A model generated the notes under the pieces. It made no database searches. It was not told the origin of the DNA and saw nothing but the letters and a program-made list of their open reading frames with translations. Below are positions 38,336-47,784 of a stretch of 64,000 bases of DNA, in pieces; positions within the stretch are counted from its first letter, which is position 1; every line of letters begins with the position of its first letter. The translations under genes and the position numbers were made by a program. The DNA comes from Myxococcales bacterium. Its GTDB lineage: Bacteria > Myxococcota_A > Polyangia > Polyangiales > DASUME01. The stretch spans positions 4,416,001 through 4,480,000 of the forward strand of contig JASGJH010000001.1 of NCBI GenBank assembly GCA_047601445.1. The letters are read 5' to 3'.

Positions 38336-39121
38336 ATGCCGATCCGAGTCCTGCGACCAACCATGCGCGGCGACGACATCACCCGCTGGCAAGCCTTCCT
38401 CCGTGGCCAAGACGTGTATCACGGGGAGATCGACGGCCAGTTCGGGCCAGAGACGCTCGAGGCCACCAAGCGCTGGCAACGCCGGGAAGGCCTCCTCGAC
38501 GACGGCATCGTGGGCGTCAAGACGCTCGGACGAGCCCAGCAGCTCGGCTTCAACCCGGGTGTAGAAGACGACGATGCGAGCGAGCACAGCATCGCGTGGC
38601 CGCCGGCCCCCGCGTTCCCGCCGCTCGATGGTGAAGGGCGCAAGCGCATGTTCGGCGAGTTTCAGTTCGTGCCGGCGCCCGTTGCGGAGAGCAAGGAAGC
38701 AATCCGCATCCTGGGCTCATGGGTCCAGGACAACATTCAACGGGTGGAGATTCCGCAGCTCGCCAGGTTCCCGAACTCGCACGGAGGCTCGATCCAGCTG
38801 CATCGGTTGGCGGTCGAACCATTCAGGCAGTTCTTCGATGCAGTGCACAGGGCGGGCCTGTTGAGCAAGGTGCTGAGCTTCAATGGAAGCTGGGTACCGC
38901 GGTTCATTCGAGGGTCGACGACAGAGCTATCGAATCATGCGTACGGGACAGCGATCGATCTCAATCTGGCGTGGAACAAGCTCGGGCATGTGCCGCCGTT
39001 GAAGGGCGAAGAAGGATCGCTAAGAGAGCTTGTGCCGATTGCGAATGAGTTTGGGATCTACTGGGGTGGGCACTTTCGAGGGCGGGTGGATGGGATGCAT
39101 TTTGAGCTGGCGCGGGTGTAG
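38336..39121 (+). CDS. peptidoglycan-binding domain + M15 metallopeptidase (endolysin-like)
   Basis: GDDITRWQAFL...DGQFGPET...WQ...DGIVG; R...SNHAYGTAIDLN; WGG...DGMHFE. Confidence 0.9.
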   Translation: MPIRVLRPTMRGDDITRWQAFLRGQDVYHGEIDGQFGPETLEATKRWQRREGLLDDGIVGVKTLGRAQQLGFNPGVEDDDASEHSIAWPPAPAFPPLDGEGRKRMFGEFQFVPAPVAESKEAIRILGSWVQDNIQRVEIPQLARFPNSHGGSIQLHRLAVEPFRQFFDAVHRAGLLSKVLSFNGSWVPRFIRGSTTELSNHAYGTAIDLNLAWNKLGHVPPLKGEEGSLRELVPIANEFGIYWGGHFRGRVDGMHFELARV

Positions 39122-39169
39122 GGTGCACCAAGGGTGGAATGCACGTGCCATCGGTGAGCCCGGGGGCGG

Positions 39170-40582
39170 CTAAAAGGTAGCCGCTAGCGCGCAAACGGCC
39201 TCGCATGTGGTGTCTGCGTGACCGCAGTCGGCGAGCACCACTCCGGAGGCGCATTCACAGAAGCCTGACCGCCAAGCCTCGACCAAAGAGCCACAGCTCA
39301 GGTCGTTCTGAGGCTCTCTTGGGCCAGCCCCTGAGCATTGGCCCGTTTGCCGCCAGGCCACGCAGCAACCGACGTCGTTCGCAACACAGCTGCCCTTGGG
39401 ATTCATCGGGCAGGCCAGGAGGCGAGTTCCAGCCGGGCACTGGCAGTATCCCTCGGTGCAGGTCTGCTGATCGACCTGGCTGCAATCCGCGCAGGTCGTC
39501 CCGGCACGCCCGCACGCCGTGAGGCTCAGTCCGTCGAGCTGACACTGACCGTTCGCGTCGCAGCAGCCGTCGCAGGTCCCCGGACCGCAGGGCTTGCAGA
39601 GTCCGTCGTGCTTGTCGCAGAGAAGTCCTTGGCTGGCGCAGTCGGAGCACTCCTCTCCGCTTCCGCAGGCGCTTACCTCGGTGCCAGCGTGCCACGAGCC
39701 ACCCGCACAACAGCCGCCCGAACTCGCATCGCACTCGCACTCGCGTTGGTCATTGCACCAGCCGTGGTCGGCTGTGCAATCCTCGCAGGTTACGACGCCT
39801 CCTCCGCCGCAGTTGTCATTGGTATTGCCCGGCAAACAGACGCCGCCGTTGAGGCATCCGTTGCATTCACAGCTGCCGGCCACGCACTTGAGCAGCGGAG
39901 AGGCGCACAACCCCAGGCAGCAGCTGTCCCCTACTGCGTGGCCGCCGCCGAGGATCGGATCATTGCAGAACTTGGCGACGGCAGCCGCGCCGCCCGCGAT
40001 CGCGGTGCTCCCGAGGTCCGAGAGGACGTCCCCCACCGCACTGATGGCCATGCCGGCCGGCGTGCCCCAGAAGCTCCAACTGAAGTGGCTGACGTTGGCC
40101 GAGAGGCGCTCGGTTGTCAGCGGCAACAGCGGCTCGAAGCCGGTACTCGGATCACCAGCAGACCAGAAGATCGTGCCCGACATACCGGCCGGCAGAGCCG
40201 GCAACGCTGAGTACGTCACAGTGGCAGGCACCGCGAACTGGAGCCCGGCCGGCTCAAACTCGAAGACGTCGCCGTAGATACTAAAGGCCTGTTGGATGCC
40301 CGCAGGAAGATCGGTTGCCGCATGGCGGGTGACCGTGATGGATGTCTCGGCGGCCAGAGATCCGGACGGCACATCGAGGCGGATTCCGGAGAGCTCTACG
40401 CTGCCTCCGGCCGGGCCAACCATGACCGACGCACTCGTACTCGCCGGCGAGTAGACTGGATCGGGCTCCCCAACTGGCTTGCCATCGTGGTTGGCGGCAG
40501 AACATCCAATCAAGGCGCCGCAGCAGGCCCATGCTGCGAGAGATCGCAGCAAACCCGCGCCGCGCGTGTGGAGCGTCAGCAT
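39170..40582 (-). CDS. lipoprotein with a ZU5-like domain and a long Cys-rich region
   Basis: LIGC lipobox; VGPAGGSV...LDVPSGSL...FEPAGLQFAVPAT...SHFS; dozens of Cys. Confidence 0.8.
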   Translation of the reverse strand: MLTLHTRGAGLLRSLAAWACCGALIGCSAANHDGKPVGEPDPVYSPASTSASVMVGPAGGSVELSGIRLDVPSGSLAAETSITVTRHAATDLPAGIQQAFSIYGDVFEFEPAGLQFAVPATVTYSALPALPAGMSGTIFWSAGDPSTGFEPLLPLTTERLSANVSHFSWSFWGTPAGMAISAVGDVLSDLGSTAIAGGAAAVAKFCNDPILGGGHAVGDSCCLGLCASPLLKCVAGSCECNGCLNGGVCLPGNTNDNCGGGGVVTCEDCTADHGWCNDQRECECDASSGGCCAGGSWHAGTEVSACGSGEECSDCASQGLLCDKHDGLCKPCGPGTCDGCCDANGQCQLDGLSLTACGRAGTTCADCSQVDQQTCTEGYCQCPAGTRLLACPMNPKGSCVANDVGCCVAWRQTGQCSGAGPREPQNDLSCGSLVEAWRSGFCECASGVVLADCGHADTTCEAVCALAATF

Positions 40583-41880
40583 AGTAATCTCTTTGGTCGC
40601 GTGGATTTCACTACGCTGACATCTCGCGCGATTTCGCGAGACGTCAACGACGGTCTCTTACGCTCCGCGATTGCGTCGAGCAAGCATGATGACGCGCAAG
40701 TAAGTCTGCTACCCGATCGGGTAGGAAGATCGACACAACGATCGCTTCGCTTCGCCAGTCGTCGGCAGCCAAGAGCCAGAGCGTGTAGAGCGATTTCAGC
40801 CCCCAAACCTCACGCTCCGTGGAGAGCTGATGAAGAACCGGAAGGAGCCTCAGCATCTGGTCGCCTCATAGCGGCAGATACTTCGTCTTCCGAGGCCGCG
40901 CACTCACCGTGGAACTCCTTGAGGCCGCGACCACCACGCGCCGCGCACCATCCGCCTCCGCGTCTCCGCCCGCAGAGGCCCGGGCCTCTTCGCACCACAG
41001 TCCGAGCGCGTACCCAAGTACGCGCGTGCTCGGTATTCCTTCATCATCTCGAAGTCCCGCGGGCTCGCGCAATCCACAGCGCGTGAGGACAGCGTTGGTG
41101 CGCGACGGATAGTCAATCCTTCGCTACCATTTGATCGCCGTCCAAGCGCCGCTTCCGCTCCCACGCACGATTCGCGCGCTCGACGTTCGCCCGACCGGCA
41201 ACGCGGGGAGCTAACACCCGCCATGGCGAGCTGAGCGGATGAGGCTGCGGCGGCGATTTTGATTGGGCCGTCGTTTCAGCACTAGGTAAACGGGCGTCCG
41301 TTCGTACGGAGATCGCAAAAGCTCTGTTTGGAACTCGCAGTCTTCTCCGACCTCACCCGGCAAATAGGCGGTCTAACAGCCGCGGCCCTCTTTCTAGTCG
41401 AGATGTCGGGCTTGCGCCGGTGCGTGGCAAACCCGCCGAGGTGCCTGCCGGTACATCCGCCGACAGCGAGAGCCCCTCCCGGGCCAACGATTCCATCCCG
41501 TGCTTCGTCTCGATCTTGTAGTCGCGCGCCGCACGTTTACGGGGAGAGCTGTCTGCTGTCCGTCGCTCGGCGCGAGGCGCTACTCAAAAAGACCCGGCGT
41601 AGCGCCAAGTCCCTCTCAGATTCCAAACCGGTACGGGAGGCCCCGCAATGCCAGAGTAGCTAGTCAATTCTTCGTCAACGCCCGAACTCGGACACCGCGT
41701 TCGATTCCTGACCTTGCCAGGTGGTCTGTTGAGCATGACTATCCCATGACATGAACCCAGGAGGCTGCCTCCGAGCGTCAACCACGTCCGCGCGATCGGA
41801 CCCAGCGCTCGAACGCCAGCCCTCTTTCGGGTTCTATGCGTGCAGCGTAGTTGGCGTAGCGTTTTCAATAGAGAGGCGAC

Positions 41881-42537
41881 ATGGCGGAGTTCATTTCCAA
41901 GCTAATTGAGCTCACTACCGACAACTTCAAGGCCCACGTGGGCGAACGAGCGCTGTTCGTGCTGTCGTGCCTGGTCTCGTTGGGTTGCGCCGCCTGGATC
42001 GGATTCGCGACGCCCCGCGAAAGGCGCTCAGAGGTTTGGCGCGCCTGGGTGGGCTTTTGGATAGGCACCGGGCTTTACTATCTGCTCGAGTTGGTACTCG
42101 GCCTGGGAAGAACCCCTGCTTGGTGGATCTCGCAGCTCGCGCTGGACATGGCCAGCCTGTCGCTCTTCGTGGGGTTGCTCTACCGCACGGATCCCCCGCG
42201 CACCTCGGAGACATGGCTTACCGTCGCCGTCGTGGCGCTAATGGTCGTCCGCTGGATCGACATCGCGCTTGTGCACAACGCTTTGCCCTACGCCTTTTTT
42301 CACCAGGCGGTCGATGTCGTACTGTTAGCTGCATGGGCCTGGAAAGGGAGCAGCAGCGACGAGGCCCGCTGGCGATTCGCCGGCTATGCACTCCTGCAAG
42401 TACCGGTGCCGGCCCTGACCGCATGGTTGTTCGGCAGTGTCGAGGAGGCGCAGGCAAATCTGTTCAACCTAGTCGTGCAGTGCCTGGTGGCCAAGCCGCT
42501 GCTTTTGGCGGCGGCGCTAAAGATCGTGACGGCTTGA
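41881..42537 (+). CDS. multi-pass membrane protein
   Basis: GAGAGG RBS; about 6-7 hydrophobic segments; ends 3 nt before the NTPase gene. Confidence 0.7.
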   Translation: MAEFISKLIELTTDNFKAHVGERALFVLSCLVSLGCAAWIGFATPRERRSEVWRAWVGFWIGTGLYYLLELVLGLGRTPAWWISQLALDMASLSLFVGLLYRTDPPRTSETWLTVAVVALMVVRWIDIALVHNALPYAFFHQAVDVVLLAAWAWKGSSSDEARWRFAGYALLQVPVPALTAWLFGSVEEAQANLFNLVVQCLVAKPLLLAAALKIVTA

Positions 42538-42540
42538 TCC

Positions 42541-45183
42541 ATGTCGCGCTACAGAGATTCCGCTTACCTGCGACAAGTGGCCGAAAAAGTGCTCCGGGAT
42601 CCGACCCCCGCGGACGGTCTTTTGCCACTTCCTGACCATAGGATTGAAGACGCCATCGCGGAGGTTACTGCCGCCGAAGAAGCGATCTGGGGCTCGGTGG
42701 AGCACGAGTATCAGTACCTCCATGATCTGGAAGCCAGGGAGCGGGAAATCTGGGATCGGCTTGTCCACGCAAATCGATCCCCAACCGCGGCACTCGCGAT
42801 CACTCGACGACTCGTCTGGTTCGCAGCGTTTCCAACGATCGTAGGCGGCCTGGTCTGGTTCGTTCGGGATGGCGTCCGCAGTGGGTGGCGCGTCTCCATG
42901 GGCGAAGTCGTCAAGGGGGCCTCGGACCAACTCTTCGTCGTACCCGCGTTAGTTTGCGTTGGTCTTACGGCGCTGTACTTGTTGTTGGGACGGCACCAGC
43001 AGTTCGAGCGCGCCCGGCGCGAAAGCGCGATGCGCGTGCTTGCGGGCCCCGTCGAGGAGCTCACCCGTCAGGCCCGGCGGCACGCAGAAACCGCGCTGCG
43101 CGGCTCCGTGGTCCGCGCGGGCAATCGCTTCTCGGCCAGCAGGGCAGCCGCAGTTTTTCAAACCTCCTTGCAAGTCGGCAAGACGGCCGGACTCGACGCT
43201 GCGTTCGACCCCAGATTCGACGTGACCACGACGGCGCGTGATCGCCTGCGATTTCTACTCTCGAGGATGGGTGGCGGAAGCATTGGCATTGCAGGCCCTC
43301 GCGGAGCCGGGAAGTCAGCCCTGATCGCGTCGATCTGCCAGGACTCGCTGACTCACCTCGACGGTCAACCGACATTGACCGTAACTACGTCGGCACCGGT
43401 CGAGTACCAACCGCGAGAGTTCCTACTGCACCTGTTTGCAACCCTCTGTCACCGGATCCTCGAGCGCGCCAATCCCAACCACGAGCGGCTCGATTGGCGA
43501 CGTAGGAAGTCGGAACTGGAAGAACGCGTCGCCCCTAGAACCACGCGCGCTCTGATGCGGGTTGGCACAATGGCGGTCTACCTCGGCATCGTCATGGCAA
43601 CGGGCGCTTACTGGCTAGCGAGGTCCAACGTCAACGATGCTTTTGCTGCGCGCGCAGAGGCAGAGCGGGAGCGTGAGGCGAGGACGGAGGTCGAACGCGT
43701 AGGCGGGCAGGCGAACGTCAAGCCCGCCCTGGCAGAGGATCCTCGCAGTGCGAGATCCGAGGCGGTGAAGATCCCTACCCTCTCGCAGGAGCTTGGGCTG
43801 ACGCCCTCGGTGCTTGCGAAGGGGAGTGCTTCCTTCTTAGCGCTCGGCGCGCTGCTGCTCCTTTTCGTCTCGGTCCGACGAGACTTGCCTCGCGTCTTCG
43901 GAGGCGGAGCGGATGAACGTAGTCGAGCGCCATGGGATGACTTGGAGGAAGAAGGATTGCAGAGGCAGGCTGCCGCGTGGCTAACCGAAATCAAGTTTCA
44001 GCAGAGCTATACATCAGGCTGGTCTGGAGCAATGAAGTTCCCGATCGGTCTCGAAGGCTCCCTCAATCGAGCCCGCGCGCTGGCCCAGCAGCAGCTCACT
44101 CTACCCGAGATCGTCGATGGCTTCGTGCGGCTTTTGAGGCGTGCGGCCACCGAGTACCGCGTTGTGATTGGCATCGACGAGCTCGACAAACTTGAGCAGG
44201 ACGAGAAGGCGCAGCGCTTCTTAAACGAGATTAAGGCTGTGTTCGGCCCACCGCGGGTGTTCTATTTGATCTCTGTCTCGGAGAATGCGATGAGCAATTT
44301 CGAGCGGCGCGGTCTTCCATTCCGGGACGCCTTCGACAGCGCCTTCGACGAAGTGATCGCCGTCGGCTACATGGATTTTCAGACTGCGAGACGCGTGCTC
44401 AATGAGCGCGTCCCCGGAATCCCGGTGCAGTTTCAACGTCTTCTCTTCTGCTTCTCCGGCGGCCTGCCTCGCGAACTGATACGCGTCTGCCGCGATCTGG
44501 TGGAACAGGCAACCCTCTACCCCCAGCGAACTGATCTCGAGAGCATGACCCTGGCCATGGTACGGCTCGACCTCGAAACAAAACTGAAAGCGCTCATGGT
44601 CGCGGTCGAGAGGGAGGACGCCGAGCGCCACGCGGGTGCCCTCATGGGAGCCTTACACAGGCTGGAGGCCTCGCCAAAGATCGATCGGGATACGCTCGAG
44701 ACAGTGAGCCAGATCATGCTCGCCACAGAACGCGCCATCTCCGGAGGGCCCTTGGAGGTGCCAAGCATGTTGGCTCTTCAGGAGAAACTCGACCGACTTT
44801 ACGTACTCCAGCAAGAGCTCGGTAGCTATCTCTGGTTTCTGGCCTCTCTGCTCGCCGAGTTTCCCAATACGCTCGACGAAGCTGCTCTGAGCGCAAGGGA
44901 ACCTGGGCACGAGCTGTTGGTCTCCGTTCGCCGCTCGCTAGCCGGAAACACGAACTTGGCAAAGAGCCAACTCGAAGAGCTCCAGGCGACCTCTCCCGCA
45001 CGCGGCGCCAGGCTCCTCAAAGTGCCGGCTCCTAACCGCACCCCTGACATTCGGCGCAGCGCCGTCCCCGGACTTCGGCACGTCGGCGCAAGGTCGAGCG
45101 GCATGTATCCACGCAGCCCTGGGGGAAGGTCTTCCAAGCTGCTCGTGCGCCGTCCCCGGCGTGCGAGCACGTATGGTCGCTAG
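42541..45183 (+). CDS. KAP-like P-loop NTPase with transmembrane helices
   Basis: Walker A GIAGPRGAGKS, Walker B VVIGIDELDKL, SGGLPRELIR; hydrophobic segments before and inside the NTPase domain. Confidence 0.85.
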   Translation: MSRYRDSAYLRQVAEKVLRDPTPADGLLPLPDHRIEDAIAEVTAAEEAIWGSVEHEYQYLHDLEAREREIWDRLVHANRSPTAALAITRRLVWFAAFPTIVGGLVWFVRDGVRSGWRVSMGEVVKGASDQLFVVPALVCVGLTALYLLLGRHQQFERARRESAMRVLAGPVEELTRQARRHAETALRGSVVRAGNRFSASRAAAVFQTSLQVGKTAGLDAAFDPRFDVTTTARDRLRFLLSRMGGGSIGIAGPRGAGKSALIASICQDSLTHLDGQPTLTVTTSAPVEYQPREFLLHLFATLCHRILERANPNHERLDWRRRKSELEERVAPRTTRALMRVGTMAVYLGIVMATGAYWLARSNVNDAFAARAEAEREREARTEVERVGGQANVKPALAEDPRSARSEAVKIPTLSQELGLTPSVLAKGSASFLALGALLLLFVSVRRDLPRVFGGGADERSRAPWDDLEEEGLQRQAAAWLTEIKFQQSYTSGWSGAMKFPIGLEGSLNRARALAQQQLTLPEIVDGFVRLLRRAATEYRVVIGIDELDKLEQDEKAQRFLNEIKAVFGPPRVFYLISVSENAMSNFERRGLPFRDAFDSAFDEVIAVGYMDFQTARRVLNERVPGIPVQFQRLLFCFSGGLPRELIRVCRDLVEQATLYPQRTDLESMTLAMVRLDLETKLKALMVAVEREDAERHAGALMGALHRLEASPKIDRDTLETVSQIMLATERAISGGPLEVPSMLALQEKLDRLYVLQQELGSYLWFLASLLAEFPNTLDEAALSAREPGHELLVSVRRSLAGNTNLAKSQLEELQATSPARGARLLKVPAPNRTPDIRRSAVPGLRHVGARSSGMYPRSPGGRSSKLLVRRPRRASTYGR

Positions 45184-45617
45184 CGAATACGGTCGTTGAA
45201 GGGACCTAGTCGAGCACGCTGATGGTGTAGGTCTTGTTGGACCCCGAGCTCCAACTGAGAATCCGTCCAGCCCCAGGAACTTCCGCTGCTCCAGTACTCG
45301 TGCAGGTGACTATCCGAGGCAATGTAGAAGATGTGGCTGTTGCCGGGGGCATCCTGATAGCCGGCAATCGGCCGCCCTGCTGTGCTCCCCAAATCGTTTG
45401 GATGCCGTTCGATGTAACGGAGCTCGAGAAATTTCCCGCTCGGGATTTGTGCGGGGGTAAGCGGCGGCTGGACCGCCGTGGATAAGGAGTGCGACATCCA
45501 TTGCCCGTGGTCCGGGTATAGCTCGTGAAAAGCTCCTTCGAAACCGTTGTAGTAAACGTGTTGCGCCGTGCCGTCCCAGCCGCCCGACACACCATCGTCG
45601 CCGACCCCTATCGTCAC
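45180..45617 (-). pseudogene. fragment of a fucose-lectin-type (AAL/PLL-like) beta-propeller
   Basis: Two repeats, QHVYYNG..G.FHELY...W and SHIFYIASDSHLHEYW...W; too few for a complete propeller. Confidence 0.5.
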
Positions 45618-45700
45618 ACTTGGGCCGGATGCTCTTCCTGCGCCCAGTGCTCCACAATCCCTTTCGTCGATTGTGAGTTGTCAGACTCGATCCGGTGCGT

Positions 45701-46027
45701 TCAACGATCCGACCGCTCCACGACGACCTCGCTGACCTGGAGCACCGGGGCGATGTCGGTGTAGTTGACAATGTCGCCGCGGATCTCGGCGCCGTGCTCC
45801 TGCATGGCGGCCTGGAAGCCTTCGGCCGACTCACAGATGAACGCGCACATCGCCACGAAGGCGGGCGGTGCATCGGGCACTCTGCCGGCCAGGCCTCTTT
45901 CGACGGTGTAGTAGGCGCAGGCAGTACCCAGCCTGGCCTTCACCATCGGCATGTGCCGGTCGCGGTAGTAGGCGTGGTCGAAGCGCGCGCCTTCGGTGTA
46001 CGGGTACATCACGTTGATTTTGACCAT
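45701..46027 (-). CDS. EthD family protein
   Basis: MVKINVMYP...FDHAYYRDRHMPMV...DIVNYTDIAP. Confidence 0.9.
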   Translation of the reverse strand: MVKINVMYPYTEGARFDHAYYRDRHMPMVKARLGTACAYYTVERGLAGRVPDAPPAFVAMCAFICESAEGFQAAMQEHGAEIRGDIVNYTDIAPVLQVSEVVVERSDR

Positions 46028-46355
46028 GCGCGTCTCCTCGCCACCATTGGCGTCGTCGCCCGGGAATTGGCGATCGCAGGTGGCTCAGCTCGAGAACCTA
46101 CGGTGATGTAGCGCCAGTCGGCCAATTGCGCTCGACTAGAAACCACGCGCGGCAGCGCTGTACGCTTGATAGCGCTGGCCGGGGGCGCGCAGACTCAACG
46201 TCTCAAAGCCCTCGCATAGCGGCACAAGCTCAGTGAGCACGGCAACGATTGGCAGTCACCCCAGCTCGAGCGACCGTGGCACCGCAGATGGCGGCAGATG
46301 GCGGGAATGCACCACGCTTGCTCCCTGCGTCGGGCTACCTCTAGAGTGATTCTGC

Positions 46356-47564
46356 ATGAGATCGGCTGGCCGCGTGGTTCTCTTGCTGACGTGGTTGGCT
46401 GGTTCGCTGGCTGGCTGCGACGCCCTGGACTTGTCACTCCCACAGTGGATGCAGACGAGGAAGGAGAGAGATCGGGCAAAGTGGGAGGCCTTCTGCGAGC
46501 CGGTTCGCGACTGCGTGCGGTCCGCAATTCCTGAGCGATTCGACCCCGCACGCCACCAGGCAAACGTCATGGCCGCGAATGGGTGCCTGAGGGGCGGTGG
46601 CATCGATTTGAGTCCGGCTTGCCTGCCAGTTGACACCGGCGTCCACGCGGGGACTGGACGTCCTGTGCGCGCGGGCGTGGACGCGAATTACGACTGCGTC
46701 GCACCCACGACCTACATGGTTACCGTGAGGTTCACGAGCGTGGACGAAGCAGAGTGCCGGTGTCTTGGTCGCCGCCACGGGCACTTCGTGCAGGGAGACT
46801 TCTTCTACCAGCACTGCGAAGTGGTCGATACGGAACGTGTGCGCCGAGATCCAGTGCACGACTTCTTGCTCGATAGCCTAGACATCCCGGCGTTCGGGAT
46901 AGGTCCACTCCACCAAATCAGAAAGGGGCGGGTCCTTCTGCGAGTTCTCCCCGACTTGCTGCCGCAGGCACTCGGCTCGCCCACCAGCTTCGCTCTCAGG
47001 TCGCTCAGCATGGTGGACAGCCGGGTGGGATCACGGGACGAACCGCCCTTGCTGGAGGTGACGTATCGCGTCATGCCCGCGATGGATCTCGAACGCTTGG
47101 TCACGCTGGTCTCCCACGACGACTCACCCGGCCTGCTCGCGTTCCCCGCTACGGATGATCGCAATCCATCGATCCGGCTCGCCTGGAATGGAGGCACGGG
47201 AGATCGCCAGACGTACATCCCGGAGGACTCGCGCGTCGCGCGCACGGTCCACGACGAGCTGCAGCGCTCGCCCAGCCTCTCGTCTTGCACCGCTGGCGCC
47301 CGGCTGCCTTATGGAGGGGCCGCATGTGTCCCCGGTATCCGCGACGCCCCGTACCTGGCTTGGCGCCGCGGCAACATGGAGATCAGGGCGGTCACACGCG
47401 TGGTAGCAGACGCGCTCTGTGAAGGGCTGGCTCAGGTGTTGAGCACCAGGCCCGGTCTCCTCAAAGCTCCGGTCGACCTACCGCGTTCCGAGCCGCGACG
47501 TAGCGGGCCCAAGAAGAAGTCAGAAGCCAAGCCGAAGTTGGATGATCCGCTCATTGGCTTGTAG
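46356..47564 (+). CDS. hypothetical lipoprotein
   Basis: SLAGC lipobox; 402-aa ORF. Confidence 0.6.
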   Translation: MRSAGRVVLLLTWLAGSLAGCDALDLSLPQWMQTRKERDRAKWEAFCEPVRDCVRSAIPERFDPARHQANVMAANGCLRGGGIDLSPACLPVDTGVHAGTGRPVRAGVDANYDCVAPTTYMVTVRFTSVDEAECRCLGRRHGHFVQGDFFYQHCEVVDTERVRRDPVHDFLLDSLDIPAFGIGPLHQIRKGRVLLRVLPDLLPQALGSPTSFALRSLSMVDSRVGSRDEPPLLEVTYRVMPAMDLERLVTLVSHDDSPGLLAFPATDDRNPSIRLAWNGGTGDRQTYIPEDSRVARTVHDELQRSPSLSSCTAGARLPYGGAACVPGIRDAPYLAWRRGNMEIRAVTRVVADALCEGLAQVLSTRPGLLKAPVDLPRSEPRRSGPKKKSEAKPKLDDPLIGL

Positions 47565-47784
47565 GGACCCGACAACTCGTTGAGTACAGAAAAGTGCGGG
47601 CTCAGTCCTAACAACGCCAGTGGTCCTGTCTCTATCCACTCGCGGCGCCACCTGGCTTCGCCGGTTTTGGAGCGTCATGGCACAAGGCATTCGAGCACCT
47701 CAGGAACGAGAATCGCTCGGGAACGGCAACCTCGGGGATGAAGGCTGCGCCAGCGCATATCCGCTCTTGGTCCCTTCGCGCGTC

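Noticed and set aside
27255..39121. Possible prophage, suggested by the phage-type fragment and the endolysin-like gene
   Set aside because: No structural, terminase, integrase or att features are present.
40640..41000. Overlapping short minus-strand ORFs with protein-like text (LKEFHGE..., MLRLLPVLHQL...EVWGL)
   Set aside because: This may be another pseudogene, but I could not assign a family or boundaries.
41200..47620. CTAAC-containing sites (about 41211, 41372, 47608) as possible integron attC inverse cores
   Set aside because: I found no matching GTTRRRY core with hairpin arms, and there is no integrase in the window.
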